Of a stretch of DNA of 64,000 bases, positions 1-9,481 are shown in pieces. The stretch covers positions 64,001 to 128,000 of the forward strand of contig JBCCQQ010000002.1 of assembly GCA_039024555.1 (NCBI GenBank), written 5' to 3'. This DNA is from Cyanobacteria bacterium P01_D01_bin.156 (GTDB lineage Bacteria; Cyanobacteriota; Cyanobacteriia; Phormidesmidales; Phormidesmidaceae). Each line of letters starts with the position of its first letter. Position 1 is the first letter of the stretch. The notes beneath the pieces were generated by a model. The model saw only the letters and a program-made list of their open reading frames with translations. It was not told where the DNA came from and ran no database searches. Both the position numbers and the translations under genes were made by a program.

Positions 1-609
1 CGTAATCGCCACATAGGGAATCCCCAACCCCTGTAAATAGGGTAGAGCCGCCATCTCGGGCGGATGGAAATTAGCTGAAGCAATCACCACCGTCGCCAAC
101 GGCAATACCTGATCAAATCCTGGCTTCCAGCTGCCTGCATCCACAACGACTGGAATGCCTAACTGCCTAGCAGCTTGAGCCACCTCACGACTCAACACCA
201 TTTGATGACCATCCACCAACACTACATCGATATCGGTCAAATCAATCTCTTGCGGCTCTACTTGCAGACCCACCGCATTGCGAGACATCACTGCCCGTTC
301 TCCTGATGCTGCAGATACCACAATCGATGAAATGGGAGGAGAGTCTTGCCGCTGAGGCAGCAAATCATAAATCTCCACACCAACTTGTTCCATATCGTCT
401 CGCAACAGAGTTGTTACCGGATGCTGTCCCACGGCTGCTGCCACTGTGGCCTGTCCACCTAACGCAGCAAAGGCCACAGCTGCATTGGTGGCTGGTCCCC
501 CAGATGCCATGATCATTTTTTGAGCTACCAATTTTTCATTGGTCTGGGGTGGTCGTTGCGCTTGATAGATACAGTCAAGGGTCATTAACCCTAGAAATAA
601 TCCCCGCAT
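1..609 (-). CDS. PfkB/ribokinase-family carbohydrate kinase (runs off the left edge)
   Basis: Hand translation from ATG at 609: MRGLFLGLMTLDCIY...SGGPATNAAVAFAALGG...VLVDGHQM...VVVDAGSWKPG. The GGPATNAA PfkB signature is present; GAGG lies upstream. Not in the ORF track. Confidence 0.85.
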   Translation of the reverse strand, partial: MRGLFLGLMTLDCIYQAQRPPQTNEKLVAQKMIMASGGPATNAAVAFAALGGQATVAAAVGQHPVTTLLRDDMEQVGVEIYDLLPQRQDSPPISSIVVSAASGERAVMSRNAVGLQVEPQEIDLTDIDVVLVDGHQMVLSREVAQAARQLGIPVVVDAGSWKPGFDQVLPLATVVIASANFHPPEMAALPYLQGLGIPYVAIT

Positions 610-729
610 AAAATAACCTCAGGAGAAGACCTAATCTAGATTTGATAGCACCAAAAGAGCCTTGAGAGAGTGGTAATGAATTAATATCAGGTACTCCTTG
701 AAAATTAATCTCTAACTTTTTCCACCTGA

Positions 730-1593
730 TTGGTTTTGAATTCTTCTCTCCCCACCGGAATGGTATACCTGGTTGCTACGCCCATTGGCAATCTTGAGGA
801 CATTACATTTCGGGCTATTCGTATCCTCAAAGAAGTAGACTTAATTGCCGCAGAAGACACCCGACATACGGGCAAACTGCTACACCATTTTCAGATTGAA
901 ACACCGCAGATTAGCTACCACGAGCACAATGCCCAAACTCGCATTCCCCAGTTACTCGAAAAACTGAACAATGGTCAGACCATCGCTTTAGTTAGCGATG
1001 CAGGAATGCCGGGAATCTCAGACCCAGGGTATGAGCTGGTGTGTGCCTGTGCAGAGGCAGGTATTGTAATAAGCCCAATCCCAGGAGCTGCAGCTGTGGT
1101 GAGCGCTATCGCCGCATCAGCGCTGCCGTCGGATCGGTTTACCTTCGAAGGTTTTTTACCGGTGAAGGGTAAAGCCCGTAGCGAACGGCTCATGGAACTC
1201 TCTACAGAACCCCGCACCATGGTGCTGTATGAAAGTCCTCACCGATTGCTCAAAACATTGACCCATCTGCAGGAGCATTTAAAGGGAACCCGGCAAATAA
1301 CAGTAGCCCGAGAGCTCACTAAGCGCTATGAAGAGTTTTGGCGCGGCACTATTGATGAAGCAATTAGCTATTTTACGGTGAATGAACCGAGGGGGGAGTT
1401 TACGATTGCGATCGCAGGTCATAGGGCTCAACCCACAGCCCTTACCCAAACAGAGCTACTGCAACATCTGGAAACCCTAATATCTCAAGGGCTTTCCCCA
1501 TCAAAAGCGAGCCGTCAGCTAGCCGACGAAACAGGACTCTCCAAACGCGAGCTGTATCAGCTAAGTCTCACCCTCAAACAAGAGAACAAGTAG
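730..1593 (+). CDS. rsmI: 16S rRNA (cytidine1402-2'-O)-methyltransferase
   Basis: LVATPIGNLEDIT, AAEDTR, VSDAGMPGISDPG, YESPHR, ARELTKRYEE motifs. TTG start; alternative ATG at 760. Confidence 0.95.
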   Translation: MVLNSSLPTGMVYLVATPIGNLEDITFRAIRILKEVDLIAAEDTRHTGKLLHHFQIETPQISYHEHNAQTRIPQLLEKLNNGQTIALVSDAGMPGISDPGYELVCACAEAGIVISPIPGAAAVVSAIAASALPSDRFTFEGFLPVKGKARSERLMELSTEPRTMVLYESPHRLLKTLTHLQEHLKGTRQITVARELTKRYEEFWRGTIDEAISYFTVNEPRGEFTIAIAGHRAQPTALTQTELLQHLETLISQGLSPSKASRQLADETGLSKRELYQLSLTLKQENK

Positions 1594-1594
1594 C

Positions 1595-2086
1595 TTACTT
1601 GACCGGTAACGCCAACCACTTATCCCAGCTCAAATCCCGTCCTGGAAAGCCAACCGACTCAAACGGCCAAACCTCTGCTGACCATTTTTTGACATCAGCA
1701 AATAAGCGCTCTTCTAGGCCACTTGCCAGTTCACTTTGGCGTGCCCAAAGCAGTGCATAGGCATCATAACCCTGGCGAGCCGATGGATAGAAATACACAC
1801 AGCCAAGACAGCGCGTTTCATCCAGACTCATCATGGTGTAAGCAAAAGACGTACGTCGCTGAAATTCTTTTTGATGCCAGCCTAAATCTATTAAATCCTG
1901 CTCCAGAGTCAAGCCGTCGGGCCAAGTACTGGGGGGTGGAAAAATTCCCTTCAGGTGGTCAGCACTGGTCACCACAGCATCAAAGTCTTTGACCACATCA
2001 TTAACTGTCAGCACCCGCAAACGATACTCATCCGTTTCAAAGATGGCAGGAACATCAAAGTCTTGGGGGACAAAAGATTTCACCAT
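1595..2086 (-). CDS. GNAT-like N-acetyltransferase
   Basis: 163 aa; RLRVLTVNDVVKDFDAV...SFAYTM...CLGCVY pattern of RimJ-like GNAT proteins. Confidence 0.65.
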   Translation of the reverse strand: MVKSFVPQDFDVPAIFETDEYRLRVLTVNDVVKDFDAVVTSADHLKGIFPPPSTWPDGLTLEQDLIDLGWHQKEFQRRTSFAYTMMSLDETRCLGCVYFYPSARQGYDAYALLWARQSELASGLEERLFADVKKWSAEVWPFESVGFPGRDLSWDKWLALPVK

Positions 2087-2090
2087 GGCT

Positions 2091-2669
2091 CTACTGATGT
2101 CTTTTTTCCAGAGTTTGAAAATCGCGATTAATTTCTACCCAAAGAGAACGATTTAGCGGATCGGTTTTGAGGGCTTTATCTAAATAAATACGAGCTTTTC
2201 CCAACTGGCCTTGATTGATTAATTCACGACCCCAGCGTTGATACGTAATGGCTTGCCACTGACGTACTTCGGAATCTTGAGTAATGCGCTGGGCCAGTCC
2301 TTCTACCAGTGCGATCGCACGGGGATATTTTTGCTGCTTTAGCAATACCTGCAGTTGAACATAGCTATCCTGTTTCAGCTTTTGCTCATGCTCGGACAGC
2401 CCAGGATTCGTCTGCACCACAACGGGAGAGTCGTCTTCAAAATCCTCTTCGGTAACGCCCTCGGGCTCAACCGGTTCATCCGGCTGCAATACCTCTAGCA
2501 ATGCCTCGTAAGCTTTAGTCACTTTAATAAAACGATCTTGCGCCCGCTGATCGTCCGGATTTACATCCGGATGATATTTGCGCGCCAGCTTACGGTAAGA
2601 CGCCTTCACATCATCAAAGGATGCTCCAGTACGTAACCCTAATGTTCGGTAGTAATCAGCTAACCCCAT
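2091..2669 (-). CDS. DnaJ-domain protein with C-terminal TPR-like helices
   Basis: DYYRTLGL...YRKLARKYHPDVN J-domain with HPD. Start placed at MGLADYY; the ORF extends to 2699. Confidence 0.85.
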   Translation of the reverse strand: MGLADYYRTLGLRTGASFDDVKASYRKLARKYHPDVNPDDQRAQDRFIKVTKAYEALLEVLQPDEPVEPEGVTEEDFEDDSPVVVQTNPGLSEHEQKLKQDSYVQLQVLLKQQKYPRAIALVEGLAQRITQDSEVRQWQAITYQRWGRELINQGQLGKARIYLDKALKTDPLNRSLWVEINRDFQTLEKRHQ

Positions 2670-2766
2670 TGCCCCAAGAACTGCTTCAAATGCTGCCATT
2701 AAAACGCAGAACCTGGCGAATATTACGTCATGCCGAAAAAAATGGACAATCTTGGCAAGGGTTTAA

Positions 2767-2820
2767 ATCGGAATTCGGAGTTTGGAGTTCGGAAACCCTC
2801 CGATGCCAACTTCCGAATTC
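2767..2820. repeat. Short STRR-like heptamer repeats forming an imperfect hairpin
   Basis: ttcggag/tttggag/ttcggaa followed by complementary tccga...ttccgaattc, just downstream of clpP3. Confidence 0.5.
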
Positions 2821-2824
2821 TGCG

Positions 2825-3421
2825 CTAAATTCGCTCTTCGATCACTCGGTCAATTAGACCGTAGGTCTTGGCTTCTTCAGCAGACATAAAGTTATCGCGA
2901 TCCGTATCCTTTTCAATTTGTCTCAGAGTTTGGCCAGTGTGCTCAGCCATCAAACCATTGAGACGATGCTTGATCTGCACAATGTGGTTAGCCTCAATTT
3001 CAATGTCCGTTGCCTGACGCTGACCTACACCGCCCAGAGGCTGGTGAATCATGATCCGAGAATGGGGCAATGCCAATCGCTTACCAGGGGTGCCGGCACA
3101 CAATAAAAAAGACCCCATGGATGCGGCTAAGCCAACACAGATAGTCACAACTTCGGACTTGATATAGCGCATCGTATCGTAGATGGCCATACCAGCAGTC
3201 ACAGAGCCACCGGGAGAATTGATATATAGATAGATGGGCTTGGTTGGATCATCAGAATCCAAATAAAGCATGTAAGCCACAATGGCATTAGCAATACCAT
3301 CCGTAACTTCTTCAGTTAAAAAGATGATGCGCTCACGGAAAAGGCGCTCATAAATGCTGATCCATTGTTCGTAAGTGCTACCGGGAAGGCGATAGGGAAC
3401 GCTGGGAATACCAATAGGCAT
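2825..3421 (-). CDS. clpP3: ATP-dependent Clp protease proteolytic subunit, cyanobacterial ClpP3 type
   Basis: [16 protein letters not shown]-terminus; YINSPGGSV; catalytic Ser (GLAASMG) and His (IMIHQP) intact. Confidence 0.92.
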   Translation of the reverse strand: MPIGIPSVPYRLPGSTYEQWISIYERLFRERIIFLTEEVTDGIANAIVAYMLYLDSDDPTKPIYLYINSPGGSVTAGMAIYDTMRYIKSEVVTICVGLAASMGSFLLCAGTPGKRLALPHSRIMIHQPLGGVGQRQATDIEIEANHIVQIKHRLNGLMAEHTGQTLRQIEKDTDRDNFMSAEEAKTYGLIDRVIEERI

Positions 3422-3443
3422 AGGTCTACGGAAGATAAAAGGT

Positions 3444-4082
3444 TTACGAGGGTTGTTCAATGACCCGGTCAATTAGGCCGTATTCGATCGCTTCCTGGGG
3501 CGTCAGATAAAACATACGCTCCATATCCTTACGAATCTTATCTGCGGACTGGCTGGTATTTTCACTTAGCAACTGGGTCACCAAGGACGTTTTACTCAGC
3601 ACCTCATCGGCATTCACTTCAATATCAGTCGCCTGACCACGGGTACCGCTGTAAGGATGAAGTAGTGCAATAGATGCATTAGGCAAACTGGACCGCTTAC
3701 CCTTGGCACCACAGGAGAGTAAAACCGCTGACATACCGACCGCCTGGCCCATACAGATAGTAATAACCTCTGATTTGATATGTCGCATGGTGTCATAGAC
3801 AGCCAACCCAGCAGTAACAGACATCATGCCTGCAGAACCATCAGCCATACCAGCCATCACTGGATCACCCATGGAGTTGATATACAAGTAGATCGGCTTA
3901 CCAGCATCTTCAGAGTCTAGGTACAGTAAAGCCGAAACCAGTGAATTGGCCACACCATCCGTTAGAGGCTGATTAAGGAACAAAATACGTTCCTGACTCA
4001 TACGAGTGTAAATACTGACCCAAGCCCACCGGCGGCTGCCAGGTAGGTTGTATGGCACTCGCATTGGACGTTCTACAGACAT
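3444..4082 (-). CDS. ClpP-family paralog lacking the catalytic Ser (second ClpR-like subunit)
   Basis: ClpP fold motifs ([28 protein letters not shown]). GQAVGM replaces GLAASM, IALLHP replaces IMIHQP, and there is an insertion after YINS. Confidence 0.8.
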   Translation of the reverse strand: MSVERPMRVPYNLPGSRRWAWVSIYTRMSQERILFLNQPLTDGVANSLVSALLYLDSEDAGKPIYLYINSMGDPVMAGMADGSAGMMSVTAGLAVYDTMRHIKSEVITICMGQAVGMSAVLLSCGAKGKRSSLPNASIALLHPYSGTRGQATDIEVNADEVLSKTSLVTQLLSENTSQSADKIRKDMERMFYLTPQEAIEYGLIDRVIEQPS

Positions 4083-4084
4083 AA

Positions 4085-4777
4085 TTAGCCGATACCCGCT
4101 GGAATTTGTGTGGGCAGTTCCTTCGTACTTTCTAATACGCGATCGATTAGTCCATACTCTTTGGCCTCATCAGGTGTGAGGTAAAACATTCGATCGGTAT
4201 CTTTCTGAAGCTTTTCAGGAGACTGACCTGTACTGCGCGACAAAATGTCTAATGTGGCTTCGCGATTAGCTAGAACTTCTTTAGCGCGAATTTGAATATC
4301 CGTCGCCTGACCTCGAGCACCCGTGCGGGGCTGATTCAACACAATAGTTGCATTTGGCAGACTGGCCCGAAAGCCCTTGGTACCTGCCGCTAAAATCATA
4401 GATGCAGTCCCCATGGCCTGACCAATACAAATAGTATGTACTGGCGGACGAATGTAGCGCATGGTATCGCAAATGGCGAATGCCTCAGTTTCAAAGCCTA
4501 GGGCGTCTCCGGTATACCAGGATGTGCCTGTGGAGTTGATATAGAAGTAGATTGGCTTGTCAGGATCGTCAAATTCTAGATAGAGCAGCTGAGCAATAAT
4601 CAGCCGGGTGACATCCATTCCCATTTGCCGCTTATAGTCATCGGATGAAACTAGCGGCGTTCCCAAATACACAATGCGCTCTTTAAGAAGCAGGGATTGT
4701 AAATCGGGAGGGGGCGTGCGAAAAGCGGCATCACCGCCATAGTAAGGAGCCTGTACGGCTTTAATATTAGAACTCAT
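4085..4777 (-). CDS. clpR: Non-catalytic Clp protease subunit ClpR
   Basis: RTPPPDLQSLLLKERIVYLG and YINSTGTSWYTGD ClpR hallmarks; GQAMGTA lacks Ser, VLNQP lacks His. Confidence 0.92.
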   Translation of the reverse strand: MSSNIKAVQAPYYGGDAAFRTPPPDLQSLLLKERIVYLGTPLVSSDDYKRQMGMDVTRLIIAQLLYLEFDDPDKPIYFYINSTGTSWYTGDALGFETEAFAICDTMRYIRPPVHTICIGQAMGTASMILAAGTKGFRASLPNATIVLNQPRTGARGQATDIQIRAKEVLANREATLDILSRSTGQSPEKLQKDTDRMFYLTPDEAKEYGLIDRVLESTKELPTQIPAGIG

Positions 4778-5152
4778 ATACCCAGTTAGCTCTCTGCGGT
4801 GTCAGCTGTTCACCGACTTCTCTATAAAATGCTCCGAATGGCTACGGGCATTAATGTCTAAATAGTTTAACTTGCCCTGCACCAGCTGGCAGGTCAAGGA
4901 CTTGGTGGATATCCGCCAATGGCGAAGTTCCTCAGTAAGAGTAGTGGTCGATTGAAGATGACCTTAAGGAATTCTGTTTAAAGCACTGTAGCTCTTCTCT
5001 ACGGGCTAACTATGAAGAACCCAGCACAATTGGTCGGTACGGCCCAGGCCCAGGTTTTCATTTTTGGCGATACTTTTTTCCGTAAATTGGTGCAATACCT
5101 TTGGCACAGAAGTCTAGAACGATACTAATAAGTAATTGGTAGGAAAATACTT

Positions 5153-6382
5153 ATGAAAGCGAACGTGCAGTGGTCTATTAGCGATCGCAACCTAGACACG
5201 GCTAAGACGAATAGCCAGCGACATCTGGCAATTGCTGTACAAGCCACATCTGGCAACGAACGTCCTCCCCTTAACCTCTGCCTAGTTCTAGACCAAAGCG
5301 GTTCCATGGGCGGTACCCCTATCAAAACTGTCCGAGCCGCAGCCAGCAAAATTATTGACAGCCTATCCCCCCAAGACCGCATTTCCATCATTTCCTTTGA
5401 CCATGAAGCTAGAGTGGTAGTCCCCAATCAGCCGGTTACAGATAGCCAAACTATCAAACAAGCCATTGACGGCATCCGCGCCGGTGGTGGAACTTCTATT
5501 GATGCCGGTTTAAAGCTAGGCATTGAAGAAGTGGCTAAGGGAAAAGTAGGCACCGTCTCGCAAATCTTTTTACTCACCGATGGCGAAAATGAACATGGCA
5601 ATAATGAACGCTGCCTAAAACTGGCCCAACTCGCTGTCAACTATAGTTTTACCGTCAGCACCCTAGGCTTTGGCAACCATTGGAATCAGGACGTTCTAGA
5701 ACAGCTGGCCGATGCCGGTAGTGGCAGTTTGGCCTATATTCAAAATCCTGACACCGCCATCCAGGAATTTAGCCGACTCTTTAGTCGAGTACAGTCGGTC
5801 AGTTTGACCAATGCATACCTAATTTTGACACTCCAGCCCCAGGTACGGTTGGCCGAACTTAAACCCATTGCCCAAGTACTTCCCGAAACTATTGAGCTGG
5901 ATGTACGACGTGAAAGCGAGCAAGCCATTGTCCGTCTGGGGGACCTGATGACTGATACACCTCGTATTGTGTTAGTCAATCTCTACATTAGTCAGCTCTT
6001 GGAGGGCACCCACACCATCGCCCAGGCACAGATTCAATATGACGATCCGGCCCTGGGTAGCTCCCTATCTACCGACACGGTCATGATTGATGTGGTGGCT
6101 CAAAATGCCTATCAGCCGCAGCCAGATACTCACGTACAGCAACACATTTTGGCCCTAGCTAAATACCGTCAGACCCAAATCGCTGAAACTAAGCTGCAGG
6201 CGGGCGATCGCACGGGTGCCATCACGATGCTACAAACAGCCACCCAAACAGCTATTCAGCTAGGCGATAAAAATGCCGCAACGGTCCTCCAGGAAAATGT
6301 AACTCAATTACAAACTGGAAAAGAGCTTTCAGAACAAGCCAAGAAGAAAACACGTATTGCCTCTAAAACAATTCTTCAGTAG
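5153..6382 (+). CDS. von Willebrand factor A domain protein (Ca-activated chloride channel family-like)
   Basis: PLNLCLVLDQSGSM MIDAS DxSxS, GGT, LLTDGEN. Confidence 0.9.
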   Translation: MKANVQWSISDRNLDTAKTNSQRHLAIAVQATSGNERPPLNLCLVLDQSGSMGGTPIKTVRAAASKIIDSLSPQDRISIISFDHEARVVVPNQPVTDSQTIKQAIDGIRAGGGTSIDAGLKLGIEEVAKGKVGTVSQIFLLTDGENEHGNNERCLKLAQLAVNYSFTVSTLGFGNHWNQDVLEQLADAGSGSLAYIQNPDTAIQEFSRLFSRVQSVSLTNAYLILTLQPQVRLAELKPIAQVLPETIELDVRRESEQAIVRLGDLMTDTPRIVLVNLYISQLLEGTHTIAQAQIQYDDPALGSSLSTDTVMIDVVAQNAYQPQPDTHVQQHILALAKYRQTQIAETKLQAGDRTGAITMLQTATQTAIQLGDKNAATVLQENVTQLQTGKELSEQAKKKTRIASKTILQ

Positions 6383-6388
6383 TCGGCT

Positions 6389-7003
6389 ATGCGATTACAC
6401 TATCTGATCAAAGCTATTCAAGCGGGTATCGAAGGTCATGCAGGGGATACGGCTGCCTATAAAGCGGCAGCATTTGGGACACATTCCTCGGGAAGTCTAG
6501 AACAACAACTGGTCAATTTAACTAACCCGCTACCGGATATCAGTGTTTCTGACTTGAAGTCGTACGCTCCTGGCTCCTTTGGTTGTGTTCTAGCTAAATT
6601 TCTCGACAGGAACCAGATTCAACCGCTTACGCTCTCTTCTAAAGCAAAATCAGAGCTCCAGGGTACACCGCTGTTAGCCATTCGCTACCCCCTGCTCCAT
6701 GATGCTTTTCATGTACTGTTGGGGTTTGATACTAGTTTGGCAGGGGAGTTAGGGGTTTGGTCTTTTGTGGCGGCGCAACAATATTGTGCGGAATTTAATC
6801 GTGCGGCTTGGATAGGAAGATGGTTTACACGGTTGTTGATACCTTGGCAATGGAAGAAATTGGGAGACTTTGAAGATAGAGGGCGACAGTTGGGGCAGCG
6901 AGCGGTTTGTGTGATTACTGAGCCGTTAGAAGAGTTGTTTGGCATGCCATTAGAAGAGGTTAGACAGCGGTTAAAACTTTCTTCTCAGCCAAACACTGAT
7001 TAG
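6389..7003 (+). CDS. Coq4-family protein
   Basis: PGSFG...FL and HDAFHVLLGFDTSLAGELG (HDxxH-x11-E Coq4 metal motif). Confidence 0.8.
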   Translation: MRLHYLIKAIQAGIEGHAGDTAAYKAAAFGTHSSGSLEQQLVNLTNPLPDISVSDLKSYAPGSFGCVLAKFLDRNQIQPLTLSSKAKSELQGTPLLAIRYPLLHDAFHVLLGFDTSLAGELGVWSFVAAQQYCAEFNRAAWIGRWFTRLLIPWQWKKLGDFEDRGRQLGQRAVCVITEPLEELFGMPLEEVRQRLKLSSQPNTD

Positions 7004-7061
7004 AGTTATGGGTACCTTTAAAGAGGGTATTTAGCTTTTGAATTTATGGCCAATGGCAAGA

Positions 7062-7460
7062 TAGGTTGCTCAGGGCTTTCCTCCCTGAAACCCTCCTGTC
7101 GTGGGGACCTAACTTCCCCACACCCCTCGAATAAGAGGCTGATCGGTCAAATGATTCAATACTTGAATAATGTCGTTAAGGTATTACGCTGTTACGCATT
7201 CGCTCCACACCGTAAAAGAGCGGTTATCTTTAACTCATTAAGATTCTTCCTCTAAAGTAGAATTGTCTAAATCAGACAAGAGATAACCTATGCTTTTTTA
7301 ATTTTTTGTGGCGCACCACAAAAAATTAAAACCTACTCCACCGACCACTTCTTTCTTCGCAAGTTGGGAAAACGTTACTACTTTTATGGGGTTGTAGGGT
7401 GGCATTCCCACCCTGCCCATTGGGGTTTGGGGCACTCGGAGGAGCCCCAAGCAAAACCTA
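7062..7460. repeat. Hairpin-rich intergenic element with mirrored terminal modules (REP/MITE-like)
   Basis: Hairpins at 7070-7088, 7101-7121, 7396-7414 and 7427-7450; perfect 16 bp inverted repeat at 7296-7331; imperfect terminal IRs taggttgct / agcaaaaccta. Confidence 0.6.
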
Positions 7461-7505
7461 CGACCATTCGAGATACCCTTAAGTTCAATCCCTCTAAAGA
7501 CACCT

Positions 7506-8558
7506 ATGGAAATCACCTACCATCCCATCACCCTTCACAAAAAAGTGCCCCTCACCATCAGCCGCGGCACTCGTTCTCAATCTACTAATCTCTTTATTCA
7601 AATCACTGACGACAATATCACCGGCTATGGTGAAGCCACCCCATTCTCCATCGGTGACCATACCCAAACCACTGAAACGATTACAGATTCTCTCGATCAA
7701 ATTATTGAGGGAATTTCTCTTTATCATCCCCTCGAACGTCAAATTATTGAAGAAAGTCTCGATCAAATTGCGCCCTGTTCTGCTGCCCGCGCTGCCATCG
7801 ATGTAGCACTATGGGACTGGCTAGGGAAAAAAGTGGGTCTACCTCTATGGCAACTGTGGGGCCTAGACTGTCAGCGTATTGGCCCCACTGCGGTAACCGT
7901 AGGCATTAGTACACCTGAAGGGGCATGCGATCGCATCCGCCGCTGGCATAGCGATTATCCCGATCTACGCTCCATCAAAATTAAGTTAGGCAACCCGGCC
8001 GGTATTGAAGCGGACCAAGCCATGTTTAGTGCCTTACAAAGCCACTTTCGGCCCCACGACAAAATTAGTATCGATGCTAATGGCGGCTGGGCGCTTGAAG
8101 ATGCCAAAACCATGGCTACCTGGCTAGCCGATCGAGACGTAGCTTATTTAGAACAACCCCTAGCTACAAGCAACAATCACCAGCTAGACGAATTAAAAGA
8201 CTATTCTCCCCTACCTATTTTTATTGACGAAAGCTGTTTTACCAGCCGGGATATTGTTGCCCTTGCCAAATATGTAGACGGCATCAACATCAAACTTATG
8301 AAATCAGGTGGCCTGACCGAAGCTCGCCGTATGATTGATGTCGCCCGTGCCAGTGGCCTCGATGTTATGTTTGGCTGCTACTCCGATAGTACCCTGGCCA
8401 ATACAGCTTTAGCCCAGTTGTCGCCCCTAGCCACCCACCTAGACCTTGATAGCCATCTCAATCTTAAAAACAATCCTTTCACCGGGGCCACACTTGAAAC
8501 AGGTCGTCTCATCCCTTCATCTCAACCAGGTTTAGGCGTGATACCCACAGCTACCTAA
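7506..8558 (+). CDS. Dipeptide (L-Ala-D/L-Glu) epimerase, enolase superfamily
   Basis: GYGEA, AAIDVALWD, KIK, DANGGW, EQP, DES, NIKLMKSGG, DLD motifs. Confidence 0.9.
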   Translation: MEITYHPITLHKKVPLTISRGTRSQSTNLFIQITDDNITGYGEATPFSIGDHTQTTETITDSLDQIIEGISLYHPLERQIIEESLDQIAPCSAARAAIDVALWDWLGKKVGLPLWQLWGLDCQRIGPTAVTVGISTPEGACDRIRRWHSDYPDLRSIKIKLGNPAGIEADQAMFSALQSHFRPHDKISIDANGGWALEDAKTMATWLADRDVAYLEQPLATSNNHQLDELKDYSPLPIFIDESCFTSRDIVALAKYVDGINIKLMKSGGLTEARRMIDVARASGLDVMFGCYSDSTLANTALAQLSPLATHLDLDSHLNLKNNPFTGATLETGRLIPSSQPGLGVIPTAT

Positions 8559-9096
8559 TCGCCACGGTCATCGAATAGCCAGCATCGGCCCAGGTGGGCC
8601 GGATATGAATGCGGTAGCGTCCAGTATTACTCTTGGGTAACATGCCAGACCACTGAGTTGCCGTTGCGCCCACATAGTCTCCGATTAAGTGCATCCAGTA
8701 ATCCGTATCTTCGGCATAAATCTGAAAAACAGCATTCTGCTCTCCAGCCTGCAGATTCACCGTCAGCTGTTGTCCTGGTTCTGCCAGGAAAATATATTCG
8801 TGCTGAGTACCTTGGGCAACGGTCCGATCATGAATGGAGGTTTCATAGGCTCCAGGCGCAAACTCTAGCGTTTCGCTGTACGCCACAGGCGCATCGACAT
8901 AAGTAGTATCAGCGCCTAACGATTCTGACCCATCAGCCTGGGTAATCTCGATCAAATCATTCCGCACCCACAATGCCCTGGCTGCATCAACAAGGGACGG
9001 AGAAACACTCCTCAGGCTAGAATAGCTGGTTTGGGTTGACTGACAGCCAACGATACCAAGCAATAACAATAACCCAAATCTCTTTGTGATACCCAT
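8551..9096 (-). CDS. Lipoprotein with PPC/PliG-like beta domain
   Basis: Lipobox LLGIVGC; LEFAPG...YIFLAEPGQQLTVNL...LP...GRYRIHI pattern. Confidence 0.6.
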   Translation of the reverse strand: MGITKRFGLLLLLGIVGCQSTQTSYSSLRSVSPSLVDAARALWVRNDLIEITQADGSESLGADTTYVDAPVAYSETLEFAPGAYETSIHDRTVAQGTQHEYIFLAEPGQQLTVNLQAGEQNAVFQIYAEDTDYWMHLIGDYVGATATQWSGMLPKSNTGRYRIHIRPTWADAGYSMTVAIR

Positions 9097-9161
9097 CCAT
9101 AGCTGTTTTATGCGACTGTCTCAAGATGCCCAAACATCTGCAGACAATGCTCAATACACAG

Positions 9162-9467
9162 TCACAGAGAAAAGGCTCCAATCAGGGTAATCATGCCACC
9201 CATAACCATCAAGCCAGCAGGCATAAACTTTCTCGTTTTGACTAACCGGATAACAAACACAATTACCAATAACAGGGAAACAATTTTGACCACCCATAGA
9301 CCACTCACAATCCCCTGGGCTGCACGCAATGCACCAATTAGCAACAATAGGCCGCTAATAATGCCAGAAATTAGAGAAGGTAAACTACGCGCTTTGAGAT
9401 ACCCCGTAATACCACCAACGATGGCGAGGATGCCGTAGATCAATGCGATGATAAGGGCGAATGACAT
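9162..9467 (-). CDS. TMEM14-family small membrane protein
   Basis: YGILAIVGGITGYLKARSLPSLISG and KFMPAGL motifs. Confidence 0.9.
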   Translation of the reverse strand: MSFALIIALIYGILAIVGGITGYLKARSLPSLISGIISGLLLLIGALRAAQGIVSGLWVVKIVSLLLVIVFVIRLVKTRKFMPAGLMVMGGMITLIGAFSL

Positions 9468-9481
9468 AAGGCAAATTTAAA

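Noticed and set aside
306..512. 68 aa + strand ORF
   Set aside because: Antisense shadow of the PfkB kinase.
7046..7766. ORFs 7046-7255, 7298-7516, 7364-7588 and 7494-7766
   Set aside because: No recognisable motifs; they run through hairpin-rich DNA or overlap the epimerase gene.
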